A stretch of DNA of 64,000 nucleotides, taken from Polyangia bacterium. Its GTDB lineage: Bacteria; Myxococcota_A; Polyangia; Fen-1088. The stretch lies in the NCBI GenBank assembly GCA_036494575.1, contig DASXOE010000020.1, forward strand, positions 4,638-68,637, read 5' to 3'. The position numbers and the translations under genes are program-made. The notes beneath the pieces are model-generated. The model saw nothing but the letters and a program-made list of their open reading frames with translations, searched no databases and was not told where the DNA came from. Positions 25,786-35,016 of the stretch are shown piece by piece. How positions within the stretch are numbered: the stretch's first letter is position 1; every line of letters begins with the position of its first letter.

Positions 25786-27384
25786 GTGCTTGCCGGAGGT
25801 CCCGTGGCGAAGGGTGGCTCGAGGCGAATCGGTGGTCGAGAGACGGCGCTGTGGACGCTCGGGGCGCTCTCGCTGTTCTTCGTGTGGGGGCTCTTCGTCC
25901 ATCAGCGCCTCGCCAATGACGCCTATCAGTACCTGAGCGTCGCCGAGAACATCGCGGCCGGGCGGGGCATCGTCACGAGCCTCGTGCACTTCGACGTCGA
26001 GCGTGCCCATGGGACGGTTCCCGCGCCGCTCACGACCTTCGGGCCGGGCTTCCCCGTCGCCGTCGCCGCGTTTTGCAAGTTGGGGATGGCGCCCGAAACG
26101 GCCGCGCTCGCGATCTCGACCCTCGCGCTCGCGCTCACGATGGGTGTGCTCGCGGGCGCGTGCAACGCGTTGGCGCTCAATCCGGTGGTCTCGAGGGCCG
26201 TGATGCTGCTGTTTGCCTGCAACGCCTACACGCTGCTGTACGCGGGAGCGGTCGCCAGCGATGCGCTCTTCACGCTGCTGCTCGTCACGGCGGTGACGTC
26301 GGCGTTGCTGGCGGAGCGGGCAGAAGATCGGTCCGATGCGCGGCACCAGACGCTTCTCTTTTCTGCCGTCGCCGGCGTCGCCATCGGCCTCTCCTACTGG
26401 GTACGTTACGCGGGCCTCCTCGCGATCGCCGGTCTCGGCACGGCGCTCGGCGTGCTCTGGCTCGTGCGTCGCACGCGGCGCGCGCTCGAAATATTGGTCC
26501 TCACGCTCGCGCCCGCGGTGGTGCTGGTGGCGGCGGTGTTCGCGCGCAACATCCGGCTCACGGGGAGCTGGCAGGGCGGCAACACCAAAGTCGTCCACCA
26601 CGCCCTGATTGCGATGGTCAAGAACACGGTGATCGCGTTCTCACACCTTCTCCTCGGCGAAGGGACGTCGCTGCCGGCAAGGGCGTGCCAGGGCCTCTTC
26701 CTGCTGGCGCTGGGATTCGCGCTCGTCCGCTGGCGGCGCTGGCCGAGAGGTGAAGCCGCGGCACGCGCGTTCATCGTCGCCACCGTGGGAGGTCTTTATT
26801 CGGCCTCCATGTTCTACGTGGGGAGTCGCTCGGTGATCTCCTACAGCGCGCGGATGTTTCTGCCCATCTTGCCGCTCTTGCTGCTCCTCCTTGGGACCAT
26901 CGTGGCGCCAGTGAAGGACGCGCCCGGGGCGCGCGTGGTCGCGCTCGTCGGCTGCGCCGCCTACGCGCTGTGCGCGCTGCTCGACACGCCGCCGTCGCGC
27001 TCCGGCCACCTGGAGCTCGCGTCTCGCCTTGCCCGTCCGATGTCGGATGGCACCCCGATGCGCGCGTGGATCGACGCGCACGTCGGGCCGCAGGAGCCGC
27101 TGATGGCCGCCGACGGACAGGCGACGGGCCACCTCCTGCGCCGGCCCGTCGTGAGCTTGGTCGGAAACGACTACAGCGACGAGATCTGGAGCGAAGGCGA
27201 AATCGAGCGGACGATGGAGCGCTTCGCGATCCGGTACCTCATCCTCTATGACCCGGCGACGGGCGTGGAGACCGAGTCCCCCTTCCTCTCGGCGTTGATC
27301 GAGGGACGTCCCGACCGCCATCTGCGGCTCGCCGCGCGCAACGACGCGAGCCTCGTCTTCGAGCGCGCCTCGACGGGCCCGTAG
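25786..27384 (+). CDS. Polytopic membrane protein, GT-C fold (ArnT/PMT_2-like polyprenyl-phosphate-sugar-dependent glycosyltransferase)
   Basis: 532 aa with about 10 predicted hydrophobic helices. The first-loop motif NDAYQYLSVAENIAAGRG resembles the D(D/E)xxY...A.N..G signature of GT39/GT83 enzymes. Soluble C-terminal domain. GTG start. Confidence 0.55.
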   Translation: MLAGGPVAKGGSRRIGGRETALWTLGALSLFFVWGLFVHQRLANDAYQYLSVAENIAAGRGIVTSLVHFDVERAHGTVPAPLTTFGPGFPVAVAAFCKLGMAPETAALAISTLALALTMGVLAGACNALALNPVVSRAVMLLFACNAYTLLYAGAVASDALFTLLLVTAVTSALLAERAEDRSDARHQTLLFSAVAGVAIGLSYWVRYAGLLAIAGLGTALGVLWLVRRTRRALEILVLTLAPAVVLVAAVFARNIRLTGSWQGGNTKVVHHALIAMVKNTVIAFSHLLLGEGTSLPARACQGLFLLALGFALVRWRRWPRGEAAARAFIVATVGGLYSASMFYVGSRSVISYSARMFLPILPLLLLLLGTIVAPVKDAPGARVVALVGCAAYALCALLDTPPSRSGHLELASRLARPMSDGTPMRAWIDAHVGPQEPLMAADGQATGHLLRRPVVSLVGNDYSDEIWSEGEIERTMERFAIRYLILYDPATGVETESPFLSALIEGRPDRHLRLAARNDASLVFERASTGP

Positions 27385-27484
27385 AGGTCGCGCCCGAAGG
27401 CCGCGATGCGAGGAGCGGGCGTCGCATCGTCGACCGAACCGACGCCGCTTGCGGGGCCGCGGGCCCGCGGCTAAGTTTTCGCCG

Positions 27485-29782
27485 ATGAACTCGCGCGGTC
27501 TCGTGGCGTTCGCGGTGCTCGGGGTGACGGTGACGGTGCCCGCGGCTGCGAAGCCCGCGTCCGCGATCGCGATCCGGGACGGCGCCGGCACGATCGAGAT
27601 CGCCGCGGGTCGGGCCTCATGGACGCTGTCGACGAAAGCGTTCGACGTGATTCACGCGGCGTCCGTCGACGGCAAGCCGCGCATCGGCCCGGGCCGCGCC
27701 GGCGTGCGCGCGCTCGGCAAGGATCTGACGTTCGGGCCACCCACCGAGGTCACGCGCGGCGCCGACTGGGTCGAGCTGCGCGGTTGGGCCGACGCCGCGA
27801 GCCACCTCTGGTACGTCGCGCGCTATCAATTTTACGCCGAGCAGCCGTTCGCTCGCCTCGTGCTGACGCTCACGGATCGTCACGACAAGTCACCCGCGGA
27901 GGAGCCGTTCGACGCGCACTGGATGCACCGCCTGATCTCGAAGCTGCGGCTCGAGCTCGGCGCCGCCAGCGCCTCCCCGACGAGCATCACGCAGCACAAC
28001 AGCTACAGCGCCTCTTCGCAGGGCGATCCGTGGGTCGACGTCGTGAGCGCCACGGGCGCGGCCTACCAGTGGTCGGTGCCGGAGCCCCCCACGACGACGG
28101 AGCGCCTCGAGGTCGCGCACTCGGCCAAGGACGCCGCGAACCAGATCGTGTGGCACCCGGCGTTCGAGGGCCGGGCCCGCATCGCGGCGCTCTTGACGCC
28201 GTATACGGGCGGCAGCGGCTATCACGCCGCCAAGGCGGTCACCTACGAGGTCGTCGACGCCTCCGGCAAGGCGCACGCGGCCGCGGGCGATCAACGGAAC
28301 AGCCGCATCGATCTCGGGACGTGGACGCTCGGAAAGAGCTCGATCGTGCGTCTCGAGGCCACGGGCGGGGGCGAGGAGATCGCCCTCGCGGGGCCGCTCG
28401 AGATCTCGCCGCTGTCGGGGGCGGCCTTCCAGATCCCGCTCGGCGTCCGCGACGCGGGCGCGCTCGCCGCGGGGCCGGTGACGCTGCTCGTGAAGGATTT
28501 CTGGCAGCACCACCCGATCTCGCTGTGGCGCACGACGAGCGCGCTCGGGTGGCAGGCGATCGAACGCGAGGAAGAGTACACGGGCGGAATGGGCGTCACG
28601 ATCGAGTCGCTCATCGCCCTCGACGGTCCGGCGGCGAAGGCCTCGGCGGTCCTCTACGCGCCGCCGCCGCGCGTGCTGCCCGCCAAGGTGCACCCCGTCG
28701 ACGCCTCGCTCGCGCACGGTCCCGTGGGGGATCGCTTCGACGCGCTCATCAAGAAGTTCGTCCCGGATTACTGGGAGGAGCAGGAGCGCACGGACGGCTT
28801 CGGCTGGCGCAACTGGGGCGACTATCAGATCGGCACGAGCTACACCGACGCGAAGGGCGTGCCCATCGAGGAGTGGGGCAATCTGCAGTACGATCTGCCG
28901 AGCGCCCTGCTGCTCGCCTGGCTGCGCACGGGCGAGCCCAGGCTGTGGCGCTGGGGCCAGGCCAGCGTGCGGCACCTCATGGACCTGGATCTGGTGAAGT
29001 TCAGCCCTTTCAAGGACAAGATGAACGGCCTCGTCTATCGGAAGGGCGAGATGGTGCGGGCCCGCTCGCACATCGACGCCGAGCCGATCGTCGACCAGTG
29101 CTTCGCCTGGCGATCGTTGCTGCTGTACCACGCGCTCACGGGCGAGCAGTGGGCCAAGGATCTGGCGAAACAAAACATCGATCGCCTCGTCTATTACGCG
29201 TCGACGCGTCCCAACTACGTGCTCGAAGGCGGCCGCCCCACGGGGTGGATGCTGCGCGGCGCGCTCGCGGGCGCCGAGTGGTTCCCCGGTGACCACGAAC
29301 ACGCCTATCAGGCGACCGCCGACGAGATCGTCCGTCTGCTCCTCGGGTACTACAAGGATCACGGACGCCTGCCGGGGAAGCAGCCGGTCTGGAATGGCCA
29401 GATCGTGGAGGGGCTCGCCGAGTATCACCGGCGCACGCACCGCGCCGACGTCGCCGCCGTGATCGTCGGCGAGATGCGCCACCTACTGACGGATGCGATC
29501 CGGCGCCGCCCCGACGGGGGCTGGGACTTTCGCTACTGCTACGATGGACGACCCGACTGTCCGATGTGGGCGGACGACGACAACTACCTGTTCCTCTGGC
29601 TGGGCTCGATCGCTTACGCGGGCGAGCTGTCGCACGATCCGTTCTTCGCGAAGTGGGCGGATACCCTGTTCACTTACGGCGAGGCCAAGCAAAAGGACCG
29701 CAGGGACATCCGCAGCTGGACGAGCGTCCTGGCGTTTCCGCACCTCTTCATCGAGCTGTCGGCCTCTCGACCGCGACCCTAA
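27485..29782 (+). CDS. Secreted hypothetical protein (~765 aa), possibly glycan-active
   Basis: Signal-like MNSRGLVAFAVLGVTVTVPAAAKPASA from the ATG at 27485 (the track ORF starts at a TTG at 27449). Consistent GC3 bias. Trp-rich central region (WRNWGDYQIG..NLQYDLPSALLLAWLRTG) suggests an alpha/alpha-toroid-like enzyme, but no family was identified. Confidence 0.6.
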   Translation: MNSRGLVAFAVLGVTVTVPAAAKPASAIAIRDGAGTIEIAAGRASWTLSTKAFDVIHAASVDGKPRIGPGRAGVRALGKDLTFGPPTEVTRGADWVELRGWADAASHLWYVARYQFYAEQPFARLVLTLTDRHDKSPAEEPFDAHWMHRLISKLRLELGAASASPTSITQHNSYSASSQGDPWVDVVSATGAAYQWSVPEPPTTTERLEVAHSAKDAANQIVWHPAFEGRARIAALLTPYTGGSGYHAAKAVTYEVVDASGKAHAAAGDQRNSRIDLGTWTLGKSSIVRLEATGGGEEIALAGPLEISPLSGAAFQIPLGVRDAGALAAGPVTLLVKDFWQHHPISLWRTTSALGWQAIEREEEYTGGMGVTIESLIALDGPAAKASAVLYAPPPRVLPAKVHPVDASLAHGPVGDRFDALIKKFVPDYWEEQERTDGFGWRNWGDYQIGTSYTDAKGVPIEEWGNLQYDLPSALLLAWLRTGEPRLWRWGQASVRHLMDLDLVKFSPFKDKMNGLVYRKGEMVRARSHIDAEPIVDQCFAWRSLLLYHALTGEQWAKDLAKQNIDRLVYYASTRPNYVLEGGRPTGWMLRGALAGAEWFPGDHEHAYQATADEIVRLLLGYYKDHGRLPGKQPVWNGQIVEGLAEYHRRTHRADVAAVIVGEMRHLLTDAIRRRPDGGWDFRYCYDGRPDCPMWADDDNYLFLWLGSIAYAGELSHDPFFAKWADTLFTYGEAKQKDRRDIRSWTSVLAFPHLFIELSASRPRP

Positions 29783-29783
29783 T

Positions 29784-31052
29784 CTAGCGGGGGCTCGTGT
29801 CGCGCCAGCTCAGCTTCAGGTTGATCCAGAAGTTCCAGCCGGTGACGATCGCGATCGACGCGAGGTTGGCGGCGTAGCGGTTCATGTGCAGGAAGTTGAA
29901 CATGACGTTGAGCAGCGCCACGTTGAGCACGACGCCGAGCCCGCAAACGGCCGCGAACTTCATGAGGCGCCGCAGGCGATGGCGCAGGCCGGGCTGGCGC
30001 GCGGCGAGATCGCGGAACGTCCAGAGGTCGTTCCACAGGAAGTTGTTCACGATGGCGGCCGTCGCCGCGACGAGCTTGCTGCGCGTGAGGCCCCATCCCA
30101 GCGTCGACGGATCGCTCAGCAGATAGAGCACCGCCATGTCGACGACGACGCCGCTGCCGCCCACGATGGCGAAGCGCGCGAAGCGCGCGATGGGGAGCGT
30201 GTCGAGCCGCAGCCGCAGGAGGTGGCGGAGGTACTCGACGTAGACGCGCGCCGTTACCTTGCTCTCGCCGTGGGCGCGCTCGCGGAAGACGTAGCCGACC
30301 TCGGCGACGCGGTTCATGCGGCCGCGTCCCAGGACCTCGATGAGGATCTTGTAGCCGACCGGGTTCAGCTCGACGCCCGCGATCGAGGCGCGGCGGAACA
30401 TGAAGTACCCGCTCATCGGATCCGAGACGTTCCCCACGACGCGCGGCAGGATCATGAGCCCCAGGAGCTGGGCGCCGCGCGAGAGCGCGCGGCGATGCAG
30501 GGCCCAGTTCGAGACCCCGCCCCCGTCGACGTTGCGGCTGGCGACGGCCAGATCGGCGCCTCGGCCGATCTCTTCGTAGAGCCCGGCCACGACCTCGGGC
30601 GGATGTTGCAGGTCGGCGTCGATGACCGCCAGGATGTCGCCGCGCGCGACCTGCCAACCCCTGATAACGGCGGTGGACAGCCCGCGCTCGCCGACCCGGC
30701 GGATGACGCGCAGGCTCGGGTACTGCGCCACGAGCCCGAGAGCGGCCTCCCAGGTGCGGTCCTTGCTGTCGTCGTCGACGATGATGAGCTCGTAGGCGCC
30801 TGGGAGCGGACCGTCGAGGACCTGCGTGAGCCGCGCCACCAGCTCGCCGATGTTCTTGCTCTCGTTGTACGTCGGAATGACGAGCGACAGGCGCACGGGC
30901 GAAGCACCCGCCGTCTGGAGGTCCGGCAACACCAGCGACCCCGAGGGGGTTGGCACGAGCGCGGCGCCGTTGAGCTCGGTGTCGACCGCTGTCATGAGCG
31001 CGACGGATACTAACAGTTCGCCTTCATTCAAGCCAAGAAGCGCGGCCCACAC
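29784..31052 (-). CDS. Polyprenyl-phosphate sugar synthase (GT2, DPM1/GtrB/ArnC-like) fused to a C-terminal GtrA-like membrane domain
   Basis: GT2 part: LSLVIPTYNESKNIGELV..YELIIVDDDSKDRT..ILAVIDADLQHPPE. The C-terminal ~130 aa has 4 helices with the GtrA-type pattern (RFARFAIVGGSGVVVDMAVLYLL..). Start is GTG 31052 or ATG 30995. Confidence 0.85.
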   Translation of the reverse strand: MWAALLGLNEGELLVSVALMTAVDTELNGAALVPTPSGSLVLPDLQTAGASPVRLSLVIPTYNESKNIGELVARLTQVLDGPLPGAYELIIVDDDSKDRTWEAALGLVAQYPSLRVIRRVGERGLSTAVIRGWQVARGDILAVIDADLQHPPEVVAGLYEEIGRGADLAVASRNVDGGGVSNWALHRRALSRGAQLLGLMILPRVVGNVSDPMSGYFMFRRASIAGVELNPVGYKILIEVLGRGRMNRVAEVGYVFRERAHGESKVTARVYVEYLRHLLRLRLDTLPIARFARFAIVGGSGVVVDMAVLYLLSDPSTLGWGLTRSKLVAATAAIVNNFLWNDLWTFRDLAARQPGLRHRLRRLMKFAAVCGLGVVLNVALLNVMFNFLHMNRYAANLASIAIVTGWNFWINLKLSWRDTSPR

Positions 31053-31173
31053 GGCGCGAGGAGCGTGCTAGTTTGATTCCAAGATTGGACCAGGCAGCGA
31101 CGGGGATGTTCACTTCAGAGTTCACGTACGCGTCGCACATCGGCACGAGCCGGACCGCCTAGGCGGGCTGACG

Positions 31174-32691
31174 ATGGCGGCGCCTTCGGCTCTCAAGACC
31201 CTGGTCGTCCAGGCTTCCCACTACTCGGTGGCGAGCCTCTTTTCCGTGATAGCTGGGCTCGTGACGTTCCCGCTGCTGACGCGCGTGTTCTCGGTCGCCG
31301 ACTACGGCGTCATGAACCTCGTGGCGGCGACGCTCACGGTGTCCGTCGCGCTGGGCAAGGTCGGCGTCCAGCACTCGATCCTCCGCTACGAGAGTGAGAT
31401 CCGCGCCGGCAAGGGCCTCTACACGTTGAAGGAGCTCTACTCGACGACCGAGATCGGCATGCTCGGCTCGGCCCTCCTCGTGATGCTCGTGGTCATCGTC
31501 GGGGCACGCGTCGTCCCCGTGCGCTGGCTCGGCGATCCGAGGCTGCGGAAACTTTTCACGATCGCGTCGTTACTGATCGTGGTGCAGGTCCTCGAGAGCG
31601 CGCTCGTCAACTTCCTACGCGCGGAGCTGCAGACGACCGTGCTCATGAAGTACCAGGTCGCGAAGAAGTACCTGGGGCTCGGGCTCATCCTGTTCGCCGT
31701 CTTCGTGCTCTCGGGCACGCTCACTGCCTTCTACAGCGCCTCCGTCGTCTCCGAGACGTGCGCCGTGGGGATCCTGGCAGCCTTCCTCTTTCGAAACGGC
31801 CGCCGACCGCCGCCCTCGGTCGCCGCGTTCTCGCGCCCGCTCTACCGGGAGCTGCTGGCGTTCGGCATCCCCATGATGATCGGGTACGAGCTGTCGGGGA
31901 TCGTCCTCGCCGTCGGCGATCGTTACGTCATCGCCGGGACGATCGGCGAGACGCCGCTCGGGCTCTACGGAGCGGCGTACAACCTCTGCCAGTACGTCCA
32001 GGCCGTGCTCATCACGTCGGTCGGCCAGGCGATCATGCCGATCTACATGAAGATGTGGGACGAAAAAGGCGTCGACGAAACGTCCGCGTTCATCACGCGC
32101 TCGCTGCGGACGTACGCGCTGCTGGCCGCGCCCGTGATCGCCGGCTTCGCCGCGGTGGGCCCCGAGCTCCTCGTGGCGCTCGCGTCGGTGAAGTATGCCA
32201 GCGCCGCGCCGATCCTGCCCTGGGTCATCGCCGGCATGGTCGTCGACGGCACGAACTCGATGCTCGGGGCGGGCCTCTTCATCCACCGCAAGACGCGCGT
32301 CATCATGGCGATCGTCGTGTGCGGCGCCGCCTTCAACATCGGCCTCAACCTCATCCTCGTCCCGCGCATCGGCATCATCGGCGCCGCGATCGCGACGCTC
32401 GTGAGCTACTCGGGGACGGCGCTGGCGCTCCGCATCGCGGGCCGGCGGCTCCTGCCCGTGCCGCTGCCGTGGCTCACTTTCTTGCGGGCGGGCATCGCCG
32501 CCGGCATCATGTACCTGGTCCTGCGGCACGTCCTGCCTAGCCACCGGCTCTTGACTGTGGCTGTCCGCATCCTCGTGGGGGCGCCCATCTACGTCCTGGT
32601 CATGGTCCTCATCGATGCCGACGCCCGGACCATGATGCAAAGACCCATCGCGCTGTTGAGGCGGTTGGTCCATCCCGAAAGAACTCCGTGA
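31174..32691 (+). CDS. Wzx-type oligosaccharide flippase (MOP superfamily polysaccharide biosynthesis protein)
   Basis: 505 aa with about 12-14 hydrophobic helices. N-terminal pattern ..SHYSVASLFSVIAGLVTFPLLTRVFSVADYGVMNLV.. is typical of Wzx/RfbX. Confidence 0.85.
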   Translation: MAAPSALKTLVVQASHYSVASLFSVIAGLVTFPLLTRVFSVADYGVMNLVAATLTVSVALGKVGVQHSILRYESEIRAGKGLYTLKELYSTTEIGMLGSALLVMLVVIVGARVVPVRWLGDPRLRKLFTIASLLIVVQVLESALVNFLRAELQTTVLMKYQVAKKYLGLGLILFAVFVLSGTLTAFYSASVVSETCAVGILAAFLFRNGRRPPPSVAAFSRPLYRELLAFGIPMMIGYELSGIVLAVGDRYVIAGTIGETPLGLYGAAYNLCQYVQAVLITSVGQAIMPIYMKMWDEKGVDETSAFITRSLRTYALLAAPVIAGFAAVGPELLVALASVKYASAAPILPWVIAGMVVDGTNSMLGAGLFIHRKTRVIMAIVVCGAAFNIGLNLILVPRIGIIGAAIATLVSYSGTALALRIAGRRLLPVPLPWLTFLRAGIAAGIMYLVLRHVLPSHRLLTVAVRILVGAPIYVLVMVLIDADARTMMQRPIALLRRLVHPERTP

Positions 32692-33671
32692 ACGTCAAGA
32701 CCAAGACGCTCAAACACGGCATCAAGAGCGTCTTGGCGTCCCCCGTGGGCTGGCGCACCGTCGGCCCGATCGTGCGTCAGCGCGGGGTGATTGTCCTGAC
32801 CTATCATCGCATCGTGGGCGACGGGCCGAGCCTCTCGGGCGTGTCGGTGGCCCGGTTCAACGAACAGATGCGCTGGATCCGCGACAACTGCGATCCGATC
32901 GGGCCCGACGCCCTCAAGGCGCGGGCGCGCGCGCCGCGCAGCGGGCGGCCCGCGGTGCTCGTGACCTTCGACGACGGCTACCGCAGCTACCACGACCTCG
33001 CCTATCCGGTGCTCAAGCAGTATGGCATCCCCGCGGGGGTCTTCCTCGTGACCGGCCTCGTCGACGAGCCGGGCGTGCTCTGGACCGACCGCGTGCAGTG
33101 GGCCGCCTTCACGACGGCGCGCACGAGCGTGACGCTCCCGTGGCTCGAGGGCGGGACGCCGTTCGAGCTCACGGACGCCCGCGCGCGCAAGGTCCTGAGC
33201 GGGGCGGCGCGCGCGTTCCTCAAGACGATCCCCGACGCCCTCCGCGTCGAGCGCGTCGAGGAGCTCCTGGGGATTCTGGGCGGCTCCCCGCCGCGCGAGC
33301 GTCAGATGGTCACCTGGGACGAGGTGCGGCGAACGATGGACCTGACGACCTACGGCGGTCACACGCACACCCACTGCATCCTCGCGCAGGTGGACCGCGC
33401 CGGAGCCGCGCGGGAGATCGGGCTGTGCCGCGATCGCATCGCCGCCGAGACGGGCAAGACTCCGACCACCTTCGCCTACCCGAACGGCAACACCGCCGAC
33501 TTCACGCAGGAGACGCGCGAGGTCCTGCAAGCTCACGGCTTCGAGATCGCGTTCTCGAGCTGCGAGGGAATCGCGGGAGCCGACAGCGACTGGTTCGCGG
33601 TGAAGCGCATCCCCGAAATCGACGACGACATCCCGAGCTTCGTCTGGCTGGCCGCCGGGCTGGCCTCCTAG
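32688..33671 (+). CDS. Polysaccharide deacetylase (NodB-homology, CE4)
   Basis: 327 aa. Contains VLVTFDDGYRSYHDLAYPVLKQYGIPAGVFLVTG and GGHTHTH. The GTG start overlaps the wzx stop (GTGA at 32688-32691). Confidence 0.85.
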   Translation: MNVKTKTLKHGIKSVLASPVGWRTVGPIVRQRGVIVLTYHRIVGDGPSLSGVSVARFNEQMRWIRDNCDPIGPDALKARARAPRSGRPAVLVTFDDGYRSYHDLAYPVLKQYGIPAGVFLVTGLVDEPGVLWTDRVQWAAFTTARTSVTLPWLEGGTPFELTDARARKVLSGAARAFLKTIPDALRVERVEELLGILGGSPPRERQMVTWDEVRRTMDLTTYGGHTHTHCILAQVDRAGAAREIGLCRDRIAAETGKTPTTFAYPNGNTADFTQETREVLQAHGFEIAFSSCEGIAGADSDWFAVKRIPEIDDDIPSFVWLAAGLAS

Positions 33672-33672
33672 C

Positions 33673-35007
33673 TTAGACGCGTCGGGCCTTGCGGCCGGGC
33701 AGGATGTGCGCCGCGAGCGGAAATCGCTCCGCCATCGGCGGCTCGTACGTGACGGGCTCGCCGTCCGTCGCTCGGCCGCTGTTTTGCGTCTTGAGGTGAA
33801 CGTAGCGCTCGAGGAGACCGCACAGGGCCCAGTAAGGCGTCATGACGGACCCTTCGAGCGTCGGCGTTCCGTAGATTCCCCCCATGGCCATGCACAACGT
33901 GGCGATCGTGAAACCGAGCGTGAGCGCGCGCGTCTCGTGGTCGCCGGGCGGGGCGTTGTGCCGGAGGTAGCTCGTGAGGCGGAACAGCGTGTAGATCAAG
34001 AGCAGGAACGTGAACAGCCCCTGGGGCCCGCTCTCGGCGAGCGTCAGCACGTAGAAGTTGTGGGCGTCGAAGCCTTTGTACGCGGGCGCGTAGTTTCCGA
34101 TCTCGAACGAGAACTTGTGGAAGCCGACTCCGATGGGATGCTCGCGCAGCATTCCCATGGCGCCCGCCCAGATCTCCCAGCGGCTGGCCGTGCTCGTGTC
34201 GACCTCTCCGTGGGCCTTGTTGTCTTGCTGTTGGGTCTCCTCGACGCGCTGGAACACGCTGTCGGGGAGGTATCCCGCGAGCGACACGAGCGAGATGCCC
34301 ACGATCGCGGCGATGATGATGTTCTTGCGCAGCAGCAGCAACGCGAAGGACAGCAGGACGAGGAAGTACGACTGGCGCGAGTAGGTCGCCAGCGTGCCGC
34401 CCGCGAGCAGGACGCAGCCGCCCACGGCGGCCACGCGCCACTTGAGACTGCCCCGGCCGCGCAGGAACAGCGCCAGCGCGAGGAACATCGGCATGAACAT
34501 CGCGTAGAAGACGCCGGCGCGATTGGCGTTCTTCCAGTCGGACCCGAAGGGCCCGGAGGCGCGGCGGAAAGGGTTGTACTTTCCGAAGCCGTAGTCGAGC
34601 CCCTCGCGCAGGCCCTCGAGCCCCGCGACGGCCGCGATCACCATGATCCAGATTATGAGCTGGCGCGTCGTCTTCTCGTCCTGCCGGCACCGCAGATAGA
34701 GGAAGTAGAACAGCGGGTAGAAGAGGCCGTTCTTGAAGAACGTGAGATCCTCCATGAAGCGATCGGTCGAGCGGAGCTCGCTGAGCAAGAACGAAAAGGT
34801 CAGCGCCGCGTAAAAGTAAATCAGCGGCTCGCGCAGCATTCCACGGACGGACGCCGCGTCGAGCGTCTCGGATTTCCCGCGCATCGCGAGCACAACCAGC
34901 ACGAACAGGATGTTGGCGGGCGCGACGGCCGGAATGCCGGTTTGCACCGGGAGGTGAAGCTCGTTGACGACGTAGAACACCGTGAAGAACAGGAGCGCCT
35001 TCAGCAT
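33673..35007 (-). CDS. Wzy-type polymerase / O-antigen-ligase-like membrane protein
   Basis: 444 aa, polytopic. Wzy_C-type loop ..TYSRQSYFLVLL..RWEIWAGAMGMLREHPIGVGFHKF...FDAHNFYVLTLAESGPQGLF. Confidence 0.8.
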   Translation of the reverse strand: MLKALLFFTVFYVVNELHLPVQTGIPAVAPANILFVLVVLAMRGKSETLDAASVRGMLREPLIYFYAALTFSFLLSELRSTDRFMEDLTFFKNGLFYPLFYFLYLRCRQDEKTTRQLIIWIMVIAAVAGLEGLREGLDYGFGKYNPFRRASGPFGSDWKNANRAGVFYAMFMPMFLALALFLRGRGSLKWRVAAVGGCVLLAGGTLATYSRQSYFLVLLSFALLLLRKNIIIAAIVGISLVSLAGYLPDSVFQRVEETQQQDNKAHGEVDTSTASRWEIWAGAMGMLREHPIGVGFHKFSFEIGNYAPAYKGFDAHNFYVLTLAESGPQGLFTFLLLIYTLFRLTSYLRHNAPPGDHETRALTLGFTIATLCMAMGGIYGTPTLEGSVMTPYWALCGLLERYVHLKTQNSGRATDGEPVTYEPPMAERFPLAAHILPGRKARRV

Positions 35008-35016
35008 TTTGGTTCC

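Noticed and set aside
25786-27384. Possibility that the 532-aa polytopic protein is the missing exosortase (XrtA/EpsH)
   Set aside because: The first-loop NDAYQY..AENIAAGRG motif and the large size with a soluble C-terminal domain fit GT-C glycosyltransferases better. I could not find an exosortase-like Cys/Arg/His arrangement. This needs an HMM check.
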